A DNA stretch of 64,000 bases from a virus (IMGVR_UViG_3300037264_002228:34444-98443), one strand, 5' to 3'. Shown: positions 50,056-59,164, numbered from the stretch's first letter. Made by a program: numbers and translations. The notes: generated by a model not told the origin, from the letters alone.

Positions 50056-51129
50056 ATGTCTTTAGACCCAATTAAGCGAATTTTGGCTGAATTACACAAC
50101 AAAGAATCATTTATCACATTGTTGGAAGCTGTATTGTCAGAAGGTATAGTACGCCTACATGATTGGGAAACAGATCCAAAATTCAAATATGACCATGAAG
50201 GCAACCCAGCAGAATATAAAGAAGCCACCATCACAGCTGAAGACTTTGTAAATAATGCACGCCCAGGACAAAGCATATCAAAAAGTCAGTACATTTTTAC
50301 ACCAGTAGACTTTGCATTGACTCCAGGCGACGGCGCTAAAATGGTCGCACATATTGCTGCATTAATTAAGCAAAACGGCAGTGTTACAGTCACTACACTA
50401 CCGGGATTCGGAATTGAAGAAGATCGTGCATACGCCGCAAGGTGGTACAAAACATTCACACATGAAGCTAAAACATTAGTACAATCGCAGCTTGGACAAG
50501 GATTAGTTCTGACAGCAATCAATGGAGAATCATTATCGCGTTGGTTAGTTAAGCCATCACCATTTGACACTAGCGACCCGGAAACAGTATCTAAACATTG
50601 GAAAGGCGGCAAAGTCCCAGATTGGTTGGCCGATCTAGCTTCAGAAATAGATGAAGCTGTTCAGGCTGGTCGTGTTAATGTTGAGCGTATTACAAAAATT
50701 GAAGGATTTAATGGAGATTTAGCGTTATCGACGCCTAAAGGCGATGCGGTATTGTTAGTTTCTAAAGATCCATCAAGAGCTGCGTATATTGTTCGCAAAA
50801 AGATTGATAACACCGACTGGGATATGTGGATGTACAACAAGATGAAAGAGTTGTATCAGACATATAGACGTAAACCAGCTGGCACTAAAAAGGAAGATCT
50901 ACCAAACTTAAATTTAAAAGATAAACGTCAACCTAAATTATCTGCAAGAGACGAATTAAGTAAACTTGGAGCTGGATACGCTTTGCGCCGCGCTATTGGC
51001 CACAAGAGCCCTCAGGGTAGCAATCAACAAATGCGTGAAGAAATGAAGCTCTTAATTAATAATGGTGTTAACTTCGAAGAAGGCCGCCATTTGGCTGACA
51101 CATCTCAAACACCACCACAAGATGCATAG
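50056..51129 (+). CDS. hypothetical, possible virion protein
   Basis: 357 aa; CAAATCTA motif and GAGGA upstream; LLE/LSE sites near the N-terminus. Confidence 0.6.
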   Translation: MSLDPIKRILAELHNKESFITLLEAVLSEGIVRLHDWETDPKFKYDHEGNPAEYKEATITAEDFVNNARPGQSISKSQYIFTPVDFALTPGDGAKMVAHIAALIKQNGSVTVTTLPGFGIEEDRAYAARWYKTFTHEAKTLVQSQLGQGLVLTAINGESLSRWLVKPSPFDTSDPETVSKHWKGGKVPDWLADLASEIDEAVQAGRVNVERITKIEGFNGDLALSTPKGDAVLLVSKDPSRAAYIVRKKIDNTDWDMWMYNKMKELYQTYRRKPAGTKKEDLPNLNLKDKRQPKLSARDELSKLGAGYALRRAIGHKSPQGSNQQMREEMKLLINNGVNFEEGRHLADTSQTPPQDA

Positions 51130-51157
51130 TAGTATTTAAGTAACGAGGATTACTACT

Positions 51158-51832
51158 TTGAAAATTGTAGCCATATCGGATACGCACTTAGTTCATGATG
51201 AATTTGACAAAATACCAGCCATACCAGATGGTGATATTTTAATCCATTCTGGTGATGCCACGTTCCGTGGTCGCCCACATGAAATATATCGTTTTTCTAA
51301 ATGGTTTCATTCATTACCACACAAATACAAAATATTCGTAGCTGGAAATCATGACATAATGTTTGAGGATGATCGTGTTAAAGCAATGGGGTTATTATAC
51401 GATAATTCACAATATTGGTCGAGCCCAATACCGCATAAAGATAGATGCACATATTTAGAGGACAATGAAATAACTATAGAAGGTCTTAGAATATATGGGG
51501 CTCCTTGGAGTCCAAGATTTTATGATTGGGCGTTTAATGTTGATCGTGGTCCTAAAATTAAGGCTAAATGGGATCTTATACCTGAAGGAATTGATATATT
51601 AGTAACTCATGGCCCACCATATGGGTATGGTGATCTATCAACTAAAAACGAATTGCTAGGCTGTAAAGACTTAATGGAAGCAGTAAATCGCGTGAAACCA
51701 AAAGTGCATATTTTCGGCCATATTCATTCTGGGTATGGCGTATCTAATAATGGCCATACTACATTCATAAATGCAGCTATGTGTGATGATACTTATTATC
51801 CAGCTAATAAGCCATTAGAAATAACGCTGTAA
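51158..51832 (+). CDS. calcineurin-like metallophosphoesterase
   Basis: SDTH, H.GD, AGNHD, THGPP, FGHIH. Confidence 0.92.
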   Translation: MKIVAISDTHLVHDEFDKIPAIPDGDILIHSGDATFRGRPHEIYRFSKWFHSLPHKYKIFVAGNHDIMFEDDRVKAMGLLYDNSQYWSSPIPHKDRCTYLEDNEITIEGLRIYGAPWSPRFYDWAFNVDRGPKIKAKWDLIPEGIDILVTHGPPYGYGDLSTKNELLGCKDLMEAVNRVKPKVHIFGHIHSGYGVSNNGHTTFINAAMCDDTYYPANKPLEITL

Positions 51833-51916
51833 CAAGAGCTGTATTTCACTATTAATAAGTGGCTTCTGCAAAGCGGGAATACATACGGAAACACTTGGAA
51901 ATATATTGGGAAAACA

Positions 51917-52699
51917 ATGTTAGAATTTTTTATAGACAATTTAGACAATATTACAACAAAAGCTATTGTAGATGAATATGGTAATGAGCTAACTAAAGAG
52001 AATAAATTAAAGCCGTACACATCAATTACTAGAGAAGAAGCTATATCACAATTGTCGCGTGATGCGATTAATTATAGATATTCTAAAATATATGTAAGTT
52101 CACTTACAAATGTATGCAAGTGTAGGTTCTGGAAACTATTTTGTAAACATAAAGAATATCAAGAATATGTTATGTGTTTAGATTGCGACAGTGAACTAAA
52201 TATGTTAGCTGCTGCTAGATATCTTAATATCTCAGGTATTGGGTATAGTATTATTAAAAGTAGTGAAGCAGGTGACTCAATTCCGAAGCCACCACAGCTC
52301 GGTCCACAATGGCCGCAAGGCATACAGGGACCACAGTTGTTTATACAAGCCGTACAAGTACCAACTGACCATTATTGGATTATCACAGATTTTGTAAGTG
52401 ATTTAATGTCTGTAGCAAATAAAATGAAATCAATACCGGGTGTTGACCATCGTTATGCAAATTGTGTTTTTTATAGAAAAACTGTTCTGTTGCGAGCTTA
52501 TCCTAAAGACGATAAGATGCCAATATTTCCAGATTCGCATAGTTTAACGAATACATTAGCAGTTAAGTGGTACGAATCTTTTAAGAATTATTGGTTATCG
52601 AAAGATATGGTCAGTTTAATGACTGCTAGAGAACTACAATTAGCACTTGTTAATGGGAACATCAAAACAATGATTATGAATCCTAATTTCGTAGTTTAG
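51917..52699 (+). CDS. hypothetical protein
   Basis: 260 aa ORF with GPQ mini-repeats. Confidence 0.55.
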   Translation: MLEFFIDNLDNITTKAIVDEYGNELTKENKLKPYTSITREEAISQLSRDAINYRYSKIYVSSLTNVCKCRFWKLFCKHKEYQEYVMCLDCDSELNMLAAARYLNISGIGYSIIKSSEAGDSIPKPPQLGPQWPQGIQGPQLFIQAVQVPTDHYWIITDFVSDLMSVANKMKSIPGVDHRYANCVFYRKTVLLRAYPKDDKMPIFPDSHSLTNTLAVKWYESFKNYWLSKDMVSLMTARELQLALVNGNIKTMIMNPNFVV

Positions 52700-53007
52700 T
52701 TTGTATCTTCATATTCATCTTCATTTTTTAAGAACATCTTTGTTGTAGTTAAAGCATCATCAATTGCTGTTGCTAATATTTTCATGCTATTTGGATCTGC
52801 TAAGTCGATTTTTTCCGGAAAATGTCTGCCATTTTTGATTGTCAATATGGGTCCATCTCCTTCAACAATACACCAACGTGCTCCTATTTGTATTCTATCG
52901 TCTCTAATCCAGATCTGGTTTTGATTGTCTATTGTCGTCACTGTGACATGATTGATACCAATCATTTGCAATGCATATTTTACGTATAATACAATTGTTT
53001 TGTCCAT
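52696..53007 (-). CDS. small paralog-family protein
   Basis: IDLADPNSMKILATAI. Confidence 0.55.
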   Translation of the reverse strand: MDKTIVLYVKYALQMIGINHVTVTTIDNQNQIWIRDDRIQIGARWCIVEGDGPILTIKNGRHFPEKIDLADPNSMKILATAIDDALTTTKMFLKNEDEYEDTN

Positions 53008-53072
53008 ATTGTATTTTAGTTATGGAAATGGTTAACATAAGTTTACTAATATATTAAGAGTAAATAGACGTA

Positions 53073-53243
53073 ATGCCAAAAACAAATAGATCAGTAGTAC
53101 AAATTCCGCTTGCATGTTGTAGGTGTGGGACTAAACAAGCTATTTGGCGATTAGATGGTAGACTTAAAGATAAGAACCACCCCAAGCATATGTGGTGTCA
53201 TATCTGCAATAAAAAAACTGCACATTTTCAAATTTATGATTAG
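53073..53243 (+). CDS. 56 aa zinc-ribbon protein resembling ribosomal protein L33 (not in ORF track)
   Basis: Translated by hand: MPKTNRSVVQIPLACCRCGTKQAIWRLDGRLKDKNHPKHMWCHICNKKTAHFQIYD. Confidence 0.55.
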   Translation: MPKTNRSVVQIPLACCRCGTKQAIWRLDGRLKDKNHPKHMWCHICNKKTAHFQIYD

Positions 53244-53265
53244 AACCAACACGAAGTGATGTAAT

Positions 53266-53748
53266 ATGAATTTTAATGGCGCAAATTGTACTATATGTAA
53301 AACAAATAAGGCGGCATATTATATAGTTGATATATTGCATGGTAACAAAACTGAAAGTTACTTATGTGAACCATGTTTAAAGAAATTCGATACTAGTGGG
53401 TTTTTAAAATTGTTTGCACTTCCTATAAGCCAAATTGGAATGCTAACAGGATTTTCTAATAATGACATTAAATGCGAATCATGCGGTATGACTTTATCTA
53501 AATTTGTGCAGACTAAAAGAGTTGGGTGTGCAAAGGATTACGATTTGTTTAATTTAGGACCATTGTTAGAATCGCATCATAAAGCATCTAAGCATGTTGG
53601 CAAAGTTCCAGCAAACCAAGTAACTCAAGAAACTATATCCAATAGAGTCGACCATCTTAATAAATCCATGGCTGAAGCAATAAAATCAGAAAAATATGAA
53701 GAAGCTGCTAGAATTCGTGATGAAATAAAAAACCTAAAAGGAAATTAA
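53266..53748 (+). CDS. mcsA: McsA-like protein-arginine kinase activator
   Basis: CTIC..LCEPC..CESCGMT..F....RVGC..DY..F..H.GKVP, C-terminal UVR motif EKYEEAARIRDEI. Confidence 0.85.
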   Translation: MNFNGANCTICKTNKAAYYIVDILHGNKTESYLCEPCLKKFDTSGFLKLFALPISQIGMLTGFSNNDIKCESCGMTLSKFVQTKRVGCAKDYDLFNLGPLLESHHKASKHVGKVPANQVTQETISNRVDHLNKSMAEAIKSEKYEEAARIRDEIKNLKGN

Positions 53749-53749
53749 T

Positions 53750-53998
53750 ATGCGTATGCCATTTGGTAAACACAAAGGTCTTGAAATTTCTGCTTTGCCA
53801 GAAGATTACTTGAAGTGGCTTGTTCAAACCATAGATCCAGGTGACGTAAAAGATGAAGCAAAACGAGTACTCGATAGTGGTGAATTTAAGCAAGAACAGA
53901 AATATAGCGACTTAGAAGCAGAAGCAAATCGTATATTAGGCGAGAAACCAGTTGACTTATTAAAACGCGGTTATGGCAAGCCTAGGAGACGACTATGA
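53750..53998 (+). CDS. DUF3820 / ExoX C-terminal-like small protein
   Basis: MPFGKHKG..I..LP.DYL.W. Confidence 0.75.
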   Translation: MRMPFGKHKGLEISALPEDYLKWLVQTIDPGDVKDEAKRVLDSGEFKQEQKYSDLEAEANRILGEKPVDLLKRGYGKPRRRL

Positions 53999-54939
53999 AA
54001 GATTTAGACTACGTCAAGCATATAATTTCAATTGAAGCTAATGCTGTAGCCCAGTTGTTATCACATGCAGATGCAGAATTCGAAAGAGCTGTAATTTTGT
54101 GTCGTCAATGTCAGGGCAACATTATCGTATCTGGTGTTGGCAAGAGCGGATTTATAGCACAAAAGATGGCAGCTACTTATGCTAGTATTGGTATCAAATC
54201 TTGGTGGATTCATCCAAATGATGCTGACCATGGCGATATTGGAAGAGTCACCGATAAAGACGTTTGCATATTGTTTTCGAATAGTGGCGAGACTAAAGAA
54301 ATTATAAATTTAGCTAACCAAATTAAATCAAGAAACGCCAAAATTATATCAATAGTCGGTAAGAAAAATTCGACATTAGGTTTATTGTCTGATGTGGTTG
54401 TGTACATTGGCGAATGTGTAGAAGCTGGTTTAATAAAAGCCATACCAACATCATCGACAACTGTCTCATTGGTTGCGGCGGATGCAATAGCTCTTGCTAC
54501 TGTCGGTACAAATCTCAGCAATGACGAATTTCAGAAGAACCACAAAGGTGGATCTATTGGAGTTAAATTGTCAAAAGTCAATGTATTTATGAGATCTGGT
54601 AGTGACTGTGTTATTGTTTCTATTCATAATAGACTATTAGATGTGATACTGGCTATGACTGGTGCTCACACTGGGGCCGCAATAGTAGTTGATCAAGATC
54701 ATGTTGTTGGTATTATTACTGATGGTGATTTAAGAAGATTTGTATGTAATCATGACATCACTTCAGCATGGGCCGTTAACTGTATGACCAAAAATCCGAT
54801 TACAATGGTGTCTAGTAAAACCATAGAAGAAGCAATGGAAGTTTTTAGGCATCACTCTATTGGTGATATACCAATTGTTAATGAAATGTTAGTGCCAATT
54901 GGTATGTTGAGTCTGAAGGATCTGGCAAAACTGATTTAA
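53995..54939 (+). CDS. kdsD: arabinose-5-phosphate isomerase (SIS + CBS)
   Basis: GVGKSG.IA.K.AAT, HGD.G, S.SGET.E, PT.STT, H.GG..G, GIITDGDLRR. Confidence 0.92.
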   Translation: MKDLDYVKHIISIEANAVAQLLSHADAEFERAVILCRQCQGNIIVSGVGKSGFIAQKMAATYASIGIKSWWIHPNDADHGDIGRVTDKDVCILFSNSGETKEIINLANQIKSRNAKIISIVGKKNSTLGLLSDVVVYIGECVEAGLIKAIPTSSTTVSLVAADAIALATVGTNLSNDEFQKNHKGGSIGVKLSKVNVFMRSGSDCVIVSIHNRLLDVILAMTGAHTGAAIVVDQDHVVGIITDGDLRRFVCNHDITSAWAVNCMTKNPITMVSSKTIEEAMEVFRHHSIGDIPIVNEMLVPIGMLSLKDLAKLI

Positions 54940-55349
54940 TAATTGTCGTATTTTCCAGGGTTTTGATCAATATCTAACATTGCACGTTTGTACTCATTTA
55001 GTTCTTGCGAAGCATCTATACCAACTAAACTCAATAATTGTTCCATTTTATTGGCATCCATCTTTGCATGGATTGGTCTTTGTCCAGCCTTTGTTGCGTC
55101 GTCCATTATTTCTAAATAGTTTTCATTATCAAATTCGTCATCGTCATGGAGCCCACTATAACTGCGTAATTGTGGGCGATTGACTGTTGCTATTGGTGAA
55201 TCAAACTCATAATTGAAGTCATAATCCAATACAGCACCAGTATCTGATACAAACAATATGTATCCTTTAGTGACACCATAACTTGGTAGTGGATACCAGC
55301 CAGACTCAGGCCACTCTGGCATTGTTCTTGCTATTTCGTCTGGTGTCAT
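54936..55349 (-). CDS. hypothetical protein (GLHDDDEF motif)
   Basis: ATG 55349 just after the upstream stop. Confidence 0.55.
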   Translation of the reverse strand: MTPDEIARTMPEWPESGWYPLPSYGVTKGYILFVSDTGAVLDYDFNYEFDSPIATVNRPQLRSYSGLHDDDEFDNENYLEIMDDATKAGQRPIHAKMDANKMEQLLSLVGIDASQELNEYKRAMLDIDQNPGKYDNY

Positions 55350-55350
55350 T

Positions 55351-55848
55351 TTATGGAATTGGCTTATAGGCAACCAACACTAATAGATCTGTAACAAGCA
55401 TACCAGCGCCAAAATCTGTCTTCTTTAATGATAATACATCACCAGCCGCTAGGTCAGTAGTACCCAATGTTTTAAGTACGGCATCAAATGCTGTAAAGCT
55501 TTCAGTTGCTCCACTAAAAGTCGTTAGAACAGTTGTACCAGCACCACTAGCGCCTTTGTTAACTAAATCGAGCGTAGTATAATTAATGCCATTGGCAGTT
55601 AAATTAGCACCATTTACTAACCACATAGCAGTCACGCGGCAAGCATATGGTGCCACAAACACTGGTTTTTCTGATGCTGTGCCAGCAGCAACAGTACCGA
55701 ATAGAGCGCTTTGTGATAACAATGACTGCATTGCTAGTGAATGATTAGTTAAAGATTCTAGTTGATTTTCTTGGTTGTTATGGTGAGACGCTACAACTCT
55801 ATCAACATTATCTTGTACTGTCGTTTTCGTATATGAAGCTAAGCCCAT
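55351..55848 (-). CDS. probable virion structural / decoration protein
   Basis: Ala/Thr/Gly-rich beta-type sequence; AGGAG RBS and CAAATATA motif upstream on the minus strand. Confidence 0.55.
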   Translation of the reverse strand: MGLASYTKTTVQDNVDRVVASHHNNQENQLESLTNHSLAMQSLLSQSALFGTVAAGTASEKPVFVAPYACRVTAMWLVNGANLTANGINYTTLDLVNKGASGAGTTVLTTFSGATESFTAFDAVLKTLGTTDLAAGDVLSLKKTDFGAGMLVTDLLVLVAYKPIP

Positions 55849-55874
55849 GTAAATCTCCTATCAACTAGTTTATG

Positions 55875-55892
55875 TATATTTGCTGTATTTAA
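55875..55892. promoter_or_regulatory. back-to-back putative phage promoters (CAAATATA on minus, GTATTTAA on plus)
   Basis: Both recurrent upstream motifs sit in the 49-nt gap between divergent genes. Confidence 0.5.
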
Positions 55893-55897
55893 TTAGT

Positions 55898-57286
55898 ATG
55901 AATAATGTATACATTAGCCCATTTACAGATCGGTATGCCTCAAAAGAAATGCTATATAATTTCTCGGCTGATAAAAAATTTAAGACCTGGAGACAGTTGT
56001 GGATTGCATTGGCAGAGAAAGAGAAAGAATTAGGATTACCCATAACTGATGTACAGATCGCTGAATTAAAAGATCATCAAAATGATATAAATTATGATGT
56101 CGCTAGACAATATGAAGAAAAGCTTAAACATGATGTGATGGCACATATTAAAGCATATGGCGATCAATGTCCAAATGCTAAAGGCATTATTCATTTAGGT
56201 GCTACTAGTGCATATGTTGTAGACAATACCGATCTAATTCTGATTAAAGATGGATATGACATAATTTTAAATAAACTAAGTGATATTATCAGTAAACTGA
56301 CCTTATTTGCTAAACAATATGCTGATCTGCCGACAGTTGCATATACACATTTTCAACCAGCTCAATTTACTACGGTAGGTAAACGCGCATGTTTGTGGAT
56401 ACATGATTTATTGCTTGATTTTGACGACATAACGCACAGATATACTAATTTGAAATTTCTTGGCGTTAAAGGAACTACTGGTACTCAGGCTAGTTTTATG
56501 GCCTTGTTCGACAATGATCAGCACAAAGTGACAAAATTAGATCGTTCTATTGCGTATAATATGGGATTTAATGGCACATACTCAGTAAGTGGACAGACCT
56601 ATTCTAGGAAAATAGATGCTCAAGTTCATTCGGTGTTAAGTGGTATTGCAGAATCTGCGCATAAATTTTCTAATGATTTAAGATTACTTCAACATCTTGG
56701 TGAAATTCAAGAGCCATTTGGCAAGGATCAGGTTGGATCAAGTGCTATGGCATATAAGCGCAACCCAATGAAGAGCGAGCGAATAGCGTCGTTATCACGA
56801 TTTGTATTGTCGTTGCAATCAAATGCTGATTTCACCGCTGCATCTCAGTGGTTTGAACGCACATTAGACGACTCTGCAGGCAAGAGGATAGCGTTGCCTG
56901 AAGCTTTCTTGGCTGTCGATTCTATATTACAAATATATCTTAATGTAGTGTCGGGACTAGTTGTCAATAAAGACGTAATTGATAATAATGTTAGGAAAGA
57001 ATTGCCATCAATTGTAACAGAAAATGTGTTGATGGCTGCTGTAAAAATTGGTGGCGACCGTCAAGAATTACATGAACGTATAAGACAATATATGCTTAGT
57101 GGTAAAGATCTTATTCAATGTTTGAAAAATGATGATGTTTTTAGTAAAGTTTCTAATTCTATAAAAGAAGATCCAATCAATTATGTTGGACGCTCGCAGG
57201 AACAAGTTGATGAGTTTATTGACAATGAGGTAAAATCAAGATTAGAGGTTATTTCTAATACTTGTGGATGTCCAGGCATCATATAG
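55898..57286 (+). CDS. purB: adenylosuccinate lyase
   Basis: RYAS.EM, HDVMAH, IHLGATS, THFQPAQ, GSSAM.YKRNPM.SE, QWFERTLDDSA. Confidence 0.95.
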   Translation: MNNVYISPFTDRYASKEMLYNFSADKKFKTWRQLWIALAEKEKELGLPITDVQIAELKDHQNDINYDVARQYEEKLKHDVMAHIKAYGDQCPNAKGIIHLGATSAYVVDNTDLILIKDGYDIILNKLSDIISKLTLFAKQYADLPTVAYTHFQPAQFTTVGKRACLWIHDLLLDFDDITHRYTNLKFLGVKGTTGTQASFMALFDNDQHKVTKLDRSIAYNMGFNGTYSVSGQTYSRKIDAQVHSVLSGIAESAHKFSNDLRLLQHLGEIQEPFGKDQVGSSAMAYKRNPMKSERIASLSRFVLSLQSNADFTAASQWFERTLDDSAGKRIALPEAFLAVDSILQIYLNVVSGLVVNKDVIDNNVRKELPSIVTENVLMAAVKIGGDRQELHERIRQYMLSGKDLIQCLKNDDVFSKVSNSIKEDPINYVGRSQEQVDEFIDNEVKSRLEVISNTCGCPGII

Positions 57287-57360
57287 ATTGTCGCAAGATA
57301 AATAATTTTGTGCAAAAATACTTACAAGCGTATTTAAAGAACATAATGGTTACAAAGATA

Positions 57361-57796
57361 TCGTCAAATCTGTGGTCTAATGAACTCGTGTCCCTAGCGG
57401 ATACGCGGTTTAGTGGGTTGCATAATACACAGCCACAACCCACCCTCGCCGCCGCCTATAAGCGCGGTAGCGAGATCGGAGGTTTGACGGGGTAAGCTTT
57501 AAAGAAAAATTGAGATTTTAATGAGCCCCGCGCTTTCGAAGGAAGGTTGCGGGGCTCAAGCTTTATTTGGGATATGCGGGTCCCGTCGATTGGTAGCCAT
57601 CAGGTTCGCCTGGGTGCTGATCGTACTAGTGGCGTGAACAATTGTGTTCACAACAATTTGACAATTAGGTTAGAAAAGAGCAAAAGACGTAGGGAGGGCC
57701 AAGGAGTCCACCTTGGCCCTCCCTTGCGTAGGCTTAAGAAATATTTGTAATTAGCATCGGAAGCGAAAGCTAATATGCTTTGGTCGTAAGACCAAT
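57361..57796 (+). ncRNA. unidentified multi-hairpin RNA upstream of the tRNA array
   Basis: GC-rich island with a closed multibranch domain (57361-57490) and successive hairpins, some with UUCG/GNRA loops. Confidence 0.55.
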
Positions 57797-57799
57797 CAT

Positions 57800-57875
57800 G
57801 GGTAGGCATGTACCAAGGGGGCGACACTGCCTTGCAAGCAGAGTGTGGTGAGTTCGATTCTCATCCTATCCACCA
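57800..57875 (+). tRNA. tRNA-Ala(UGC)
   Basis: GGGTAGG/CCTATCC with G3:U70, loop CTTGCAA, TTCGA, CCA. Confidence 0.9.
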
Positions 57876-57946
57876 AAATTGTTATTAGCGCCGCCATTTG
57901 AGGCGCGTGGCTAATGACGTATACTTGAATGCTAAGCATTCATTAT

Positions 57947-58030
57947 GGAAGTGCTCGAAAGTGGGATTTCATGCGGACTGTAAATCCGTTGCCAAATGGC
58001 TAAGTGGTTCGATTCCTCACACTTCCACCA
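57947..58030 (+). tRNA. tRNA-Tyr(GUA), atypical D and T arms
   Basis: GGAAGTG/CACTTCC, loop CTGTAAA, long variable arm, CCA. Confidence 0.8.
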
Positions 58031-58038
58031 TAAAATTA

Positions 58039-58115
58039 CAGGCACAGGGTCAGATAGCGGGCCGCCTGCCTCGGAAGCAGGAGTCAGCGCAGTGCAAGTC
58101 TGCGGTGCCTGACCA
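58039..58115 (+). tRNA. tRNA-Pro(CGG)
   Basis: CAGGCAC/GTGCCTG, loop CTCGGAA, T loop TGCAAGT, CCA. Confidence 0.8.
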
Positions 58116-58116
58116 T

Positions 58117-58194
58117 CAGGGTGTAGCTCAGATAGTGATGAGCGCATGTTTTGGATACATGAGGTCGCTGGTGCGAGTCCAGTCACCCTGACCA
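58117..58194 (+). tRNA. tRNA-Pro(UGG)
   Basis: CAGGGTG/CACCCTG, loop TTTGGAT, T loop TGCGAGT, CCA. Confidence 0.85.
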
Positions 58195-58207
58195 TAAAAA
58201 TTAATAT

Positions 58208-58284
58208 CCGGGTGTAGCGTAGTCTGGTAACGCGTCTGCTTTGGGAGCAGAAGATCGCAGGTTCAAATCCTGTCACCTGGACCA
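58208..58284 (+). tRNA. tRNA-Pro(UGG), second copy
   Basis: CCGGGTG/CACCTGG, loop TTTGGGA, TTCAA, CCA. Confidence 0.92.
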
Positions 58285-58285
58285 C

Positions 58286-58360
58286 TTCGGGGTCAGCTAA
58301 TTGGTAAGCTGCTTGTCTGTTAAACAAGTCATCGGGGTTCAAGTCCCTGCCCCGGAGCCA
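58286..58360 (+). tRNA. tRNA-Asn(GUU)
   Basis: TTCGGGG/CCCCGGA, loop CTGTTAA, G73, CCA. Confidence 0.9.
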
Positions 58361-58370
58361 AAATTATCTT

Positions 58371-58454
58371 GCCCCTGTGGTGGAACAGCAGACACGATGG
58401 TCTTAGAAGCCATTGCCAATAGGCGTGGAGGTGCGACTCCTCTCAGGGGCACCA
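58371..58454 (+). tRNA. tRNA-Leu(UAG)
   Basis: GCCCCTG/CAGGGGC, loop CTTAGAA, variable arm, T loop TGCGACT, CCA. Confidence 0.88.
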
Positions 58455-58465
58455 ATAAATAAATT

Positions 58466-58774
58466 ATGGATTTTTGTGAAATAATTTCTGAATGGCTTAA
58501 AACCAATTGCACAAATTGGCAAGTATGGTATGGGGCTTTTATTGAAATTGGATTTAAAGACAACATGAAAAGATGGACATGTATGTCACACATATATCTT
58601 ACACAAAATGAAATTCATGTATACGAGAGAATTAGACGAATTAAACAGAATGCTGTTTTAGTTCACTCACCAAATTATGCACCAGATTATTTAAAATATT
58701 CTCTCAATGCTTGTGATCCAAATTTGTTTAGTAAATTAAAAGAAATTTTAACAGAATACGAAAAGGTCCTATAG
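58466..58774 (+). CDS. small paralog-family protein inside the tRNA array
   Basis: MDFCEIISEWL ... LNACDPNLFSKL; AT-rich island between tRNAs. Confidence 0.6.
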   Translation: MDFCEIISEWLKTNCTNWQVWYGAFIEIGFKDNMKRWTCMSHIYLTQNEIHVYERIRRIKQNAVLVHSPNYAPDYLKYSLNACDPNLFSKLKEILTEYEKVL

Positions 58775-58839
58775 TGTACCGGCGCGCACAACATCCTGTC
58801 ACGATGTAAGAACGGGTTCAACTCCCGTTAGGATCGCCA
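58765..58839 (+). tRNA. tRNA-Asp(GUC)
   Basis: GGTCCTA/TAGGATC, loop CTGTCAC, G73, CCA. Confidence 0.9.
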
Positions 58840-58840
58840 T

Positions 58841-58914
58841 TCTCCGGTCGTCTATTGGTAGGACGTCGCGCTTTGAACGCGGAAAGGTTGGTTCGATTCC
58901 AACTCGGAGAACCA
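58841..58914 (+). tRNA. tRNA-Gln(UUG)
   Basis: TCTCCGG/TCGGAGA (U1-A72), loop CTTTGAA, CCA. Confidence 0.9.
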
Positions 58915-58917
58915 AAT

Positions 58918-58995
58918 TGCCAAGCACTCTGTATCGGTACGGAGACGAGTCTCTGAAACTCGGCGCTGCTGGTTCGACTCCAGCCTTGGCAGCCA
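58918..58995 (+). tRNA. tRNA-Gln(CUG)
   Basis: TGCCAAG/CTTGGCA, loop CTCTGAA, CCA. Confidence 0.88.
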
Positions 58996-58996
58996 T

Positions 58997-59073
58997 GCTC
59001 TCGTGGTGCAACTGGCAGACACACTCGTCTCAGAAGCGAGGCTTTGCGGGTTCGAATCCCGCCGAGAGCACCA
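58997..59073 (+). tRNA. tRNA-Leu(CAG) with short variable loop
   Basis: GCTCTCG/CGAGAGC, loop CTCAGAA, variable GCTTT only, A73, CCA. Confidence 0.88.
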
Positions 59074-59081
59074 AAATTTTT

Positions 59082-59164
59082 GCATCTGTGCTGGAATCGG
59101 TATACGGGGCGGTCCGAGAAGCCGCTGCAATAGCATGTGGGTTCGAGTCCCTCCAGATGCACCA
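59082..59164 (+). tRNA. tRNA-Leu(GAG), C33 variant
   Basis: GCATCTG/CAGATGC, loop CCGAGAA, variable arm, CCA. Confidence 0.82.

Noticed and set aside
57361-57796. tmRNA, SRP RNA or T-box assignment for the leader
   Set aside because: No tRNA-like Ala ends with tag frame, no SRP domain IV consensus and no T-box UGGN bulge sequence recognised.
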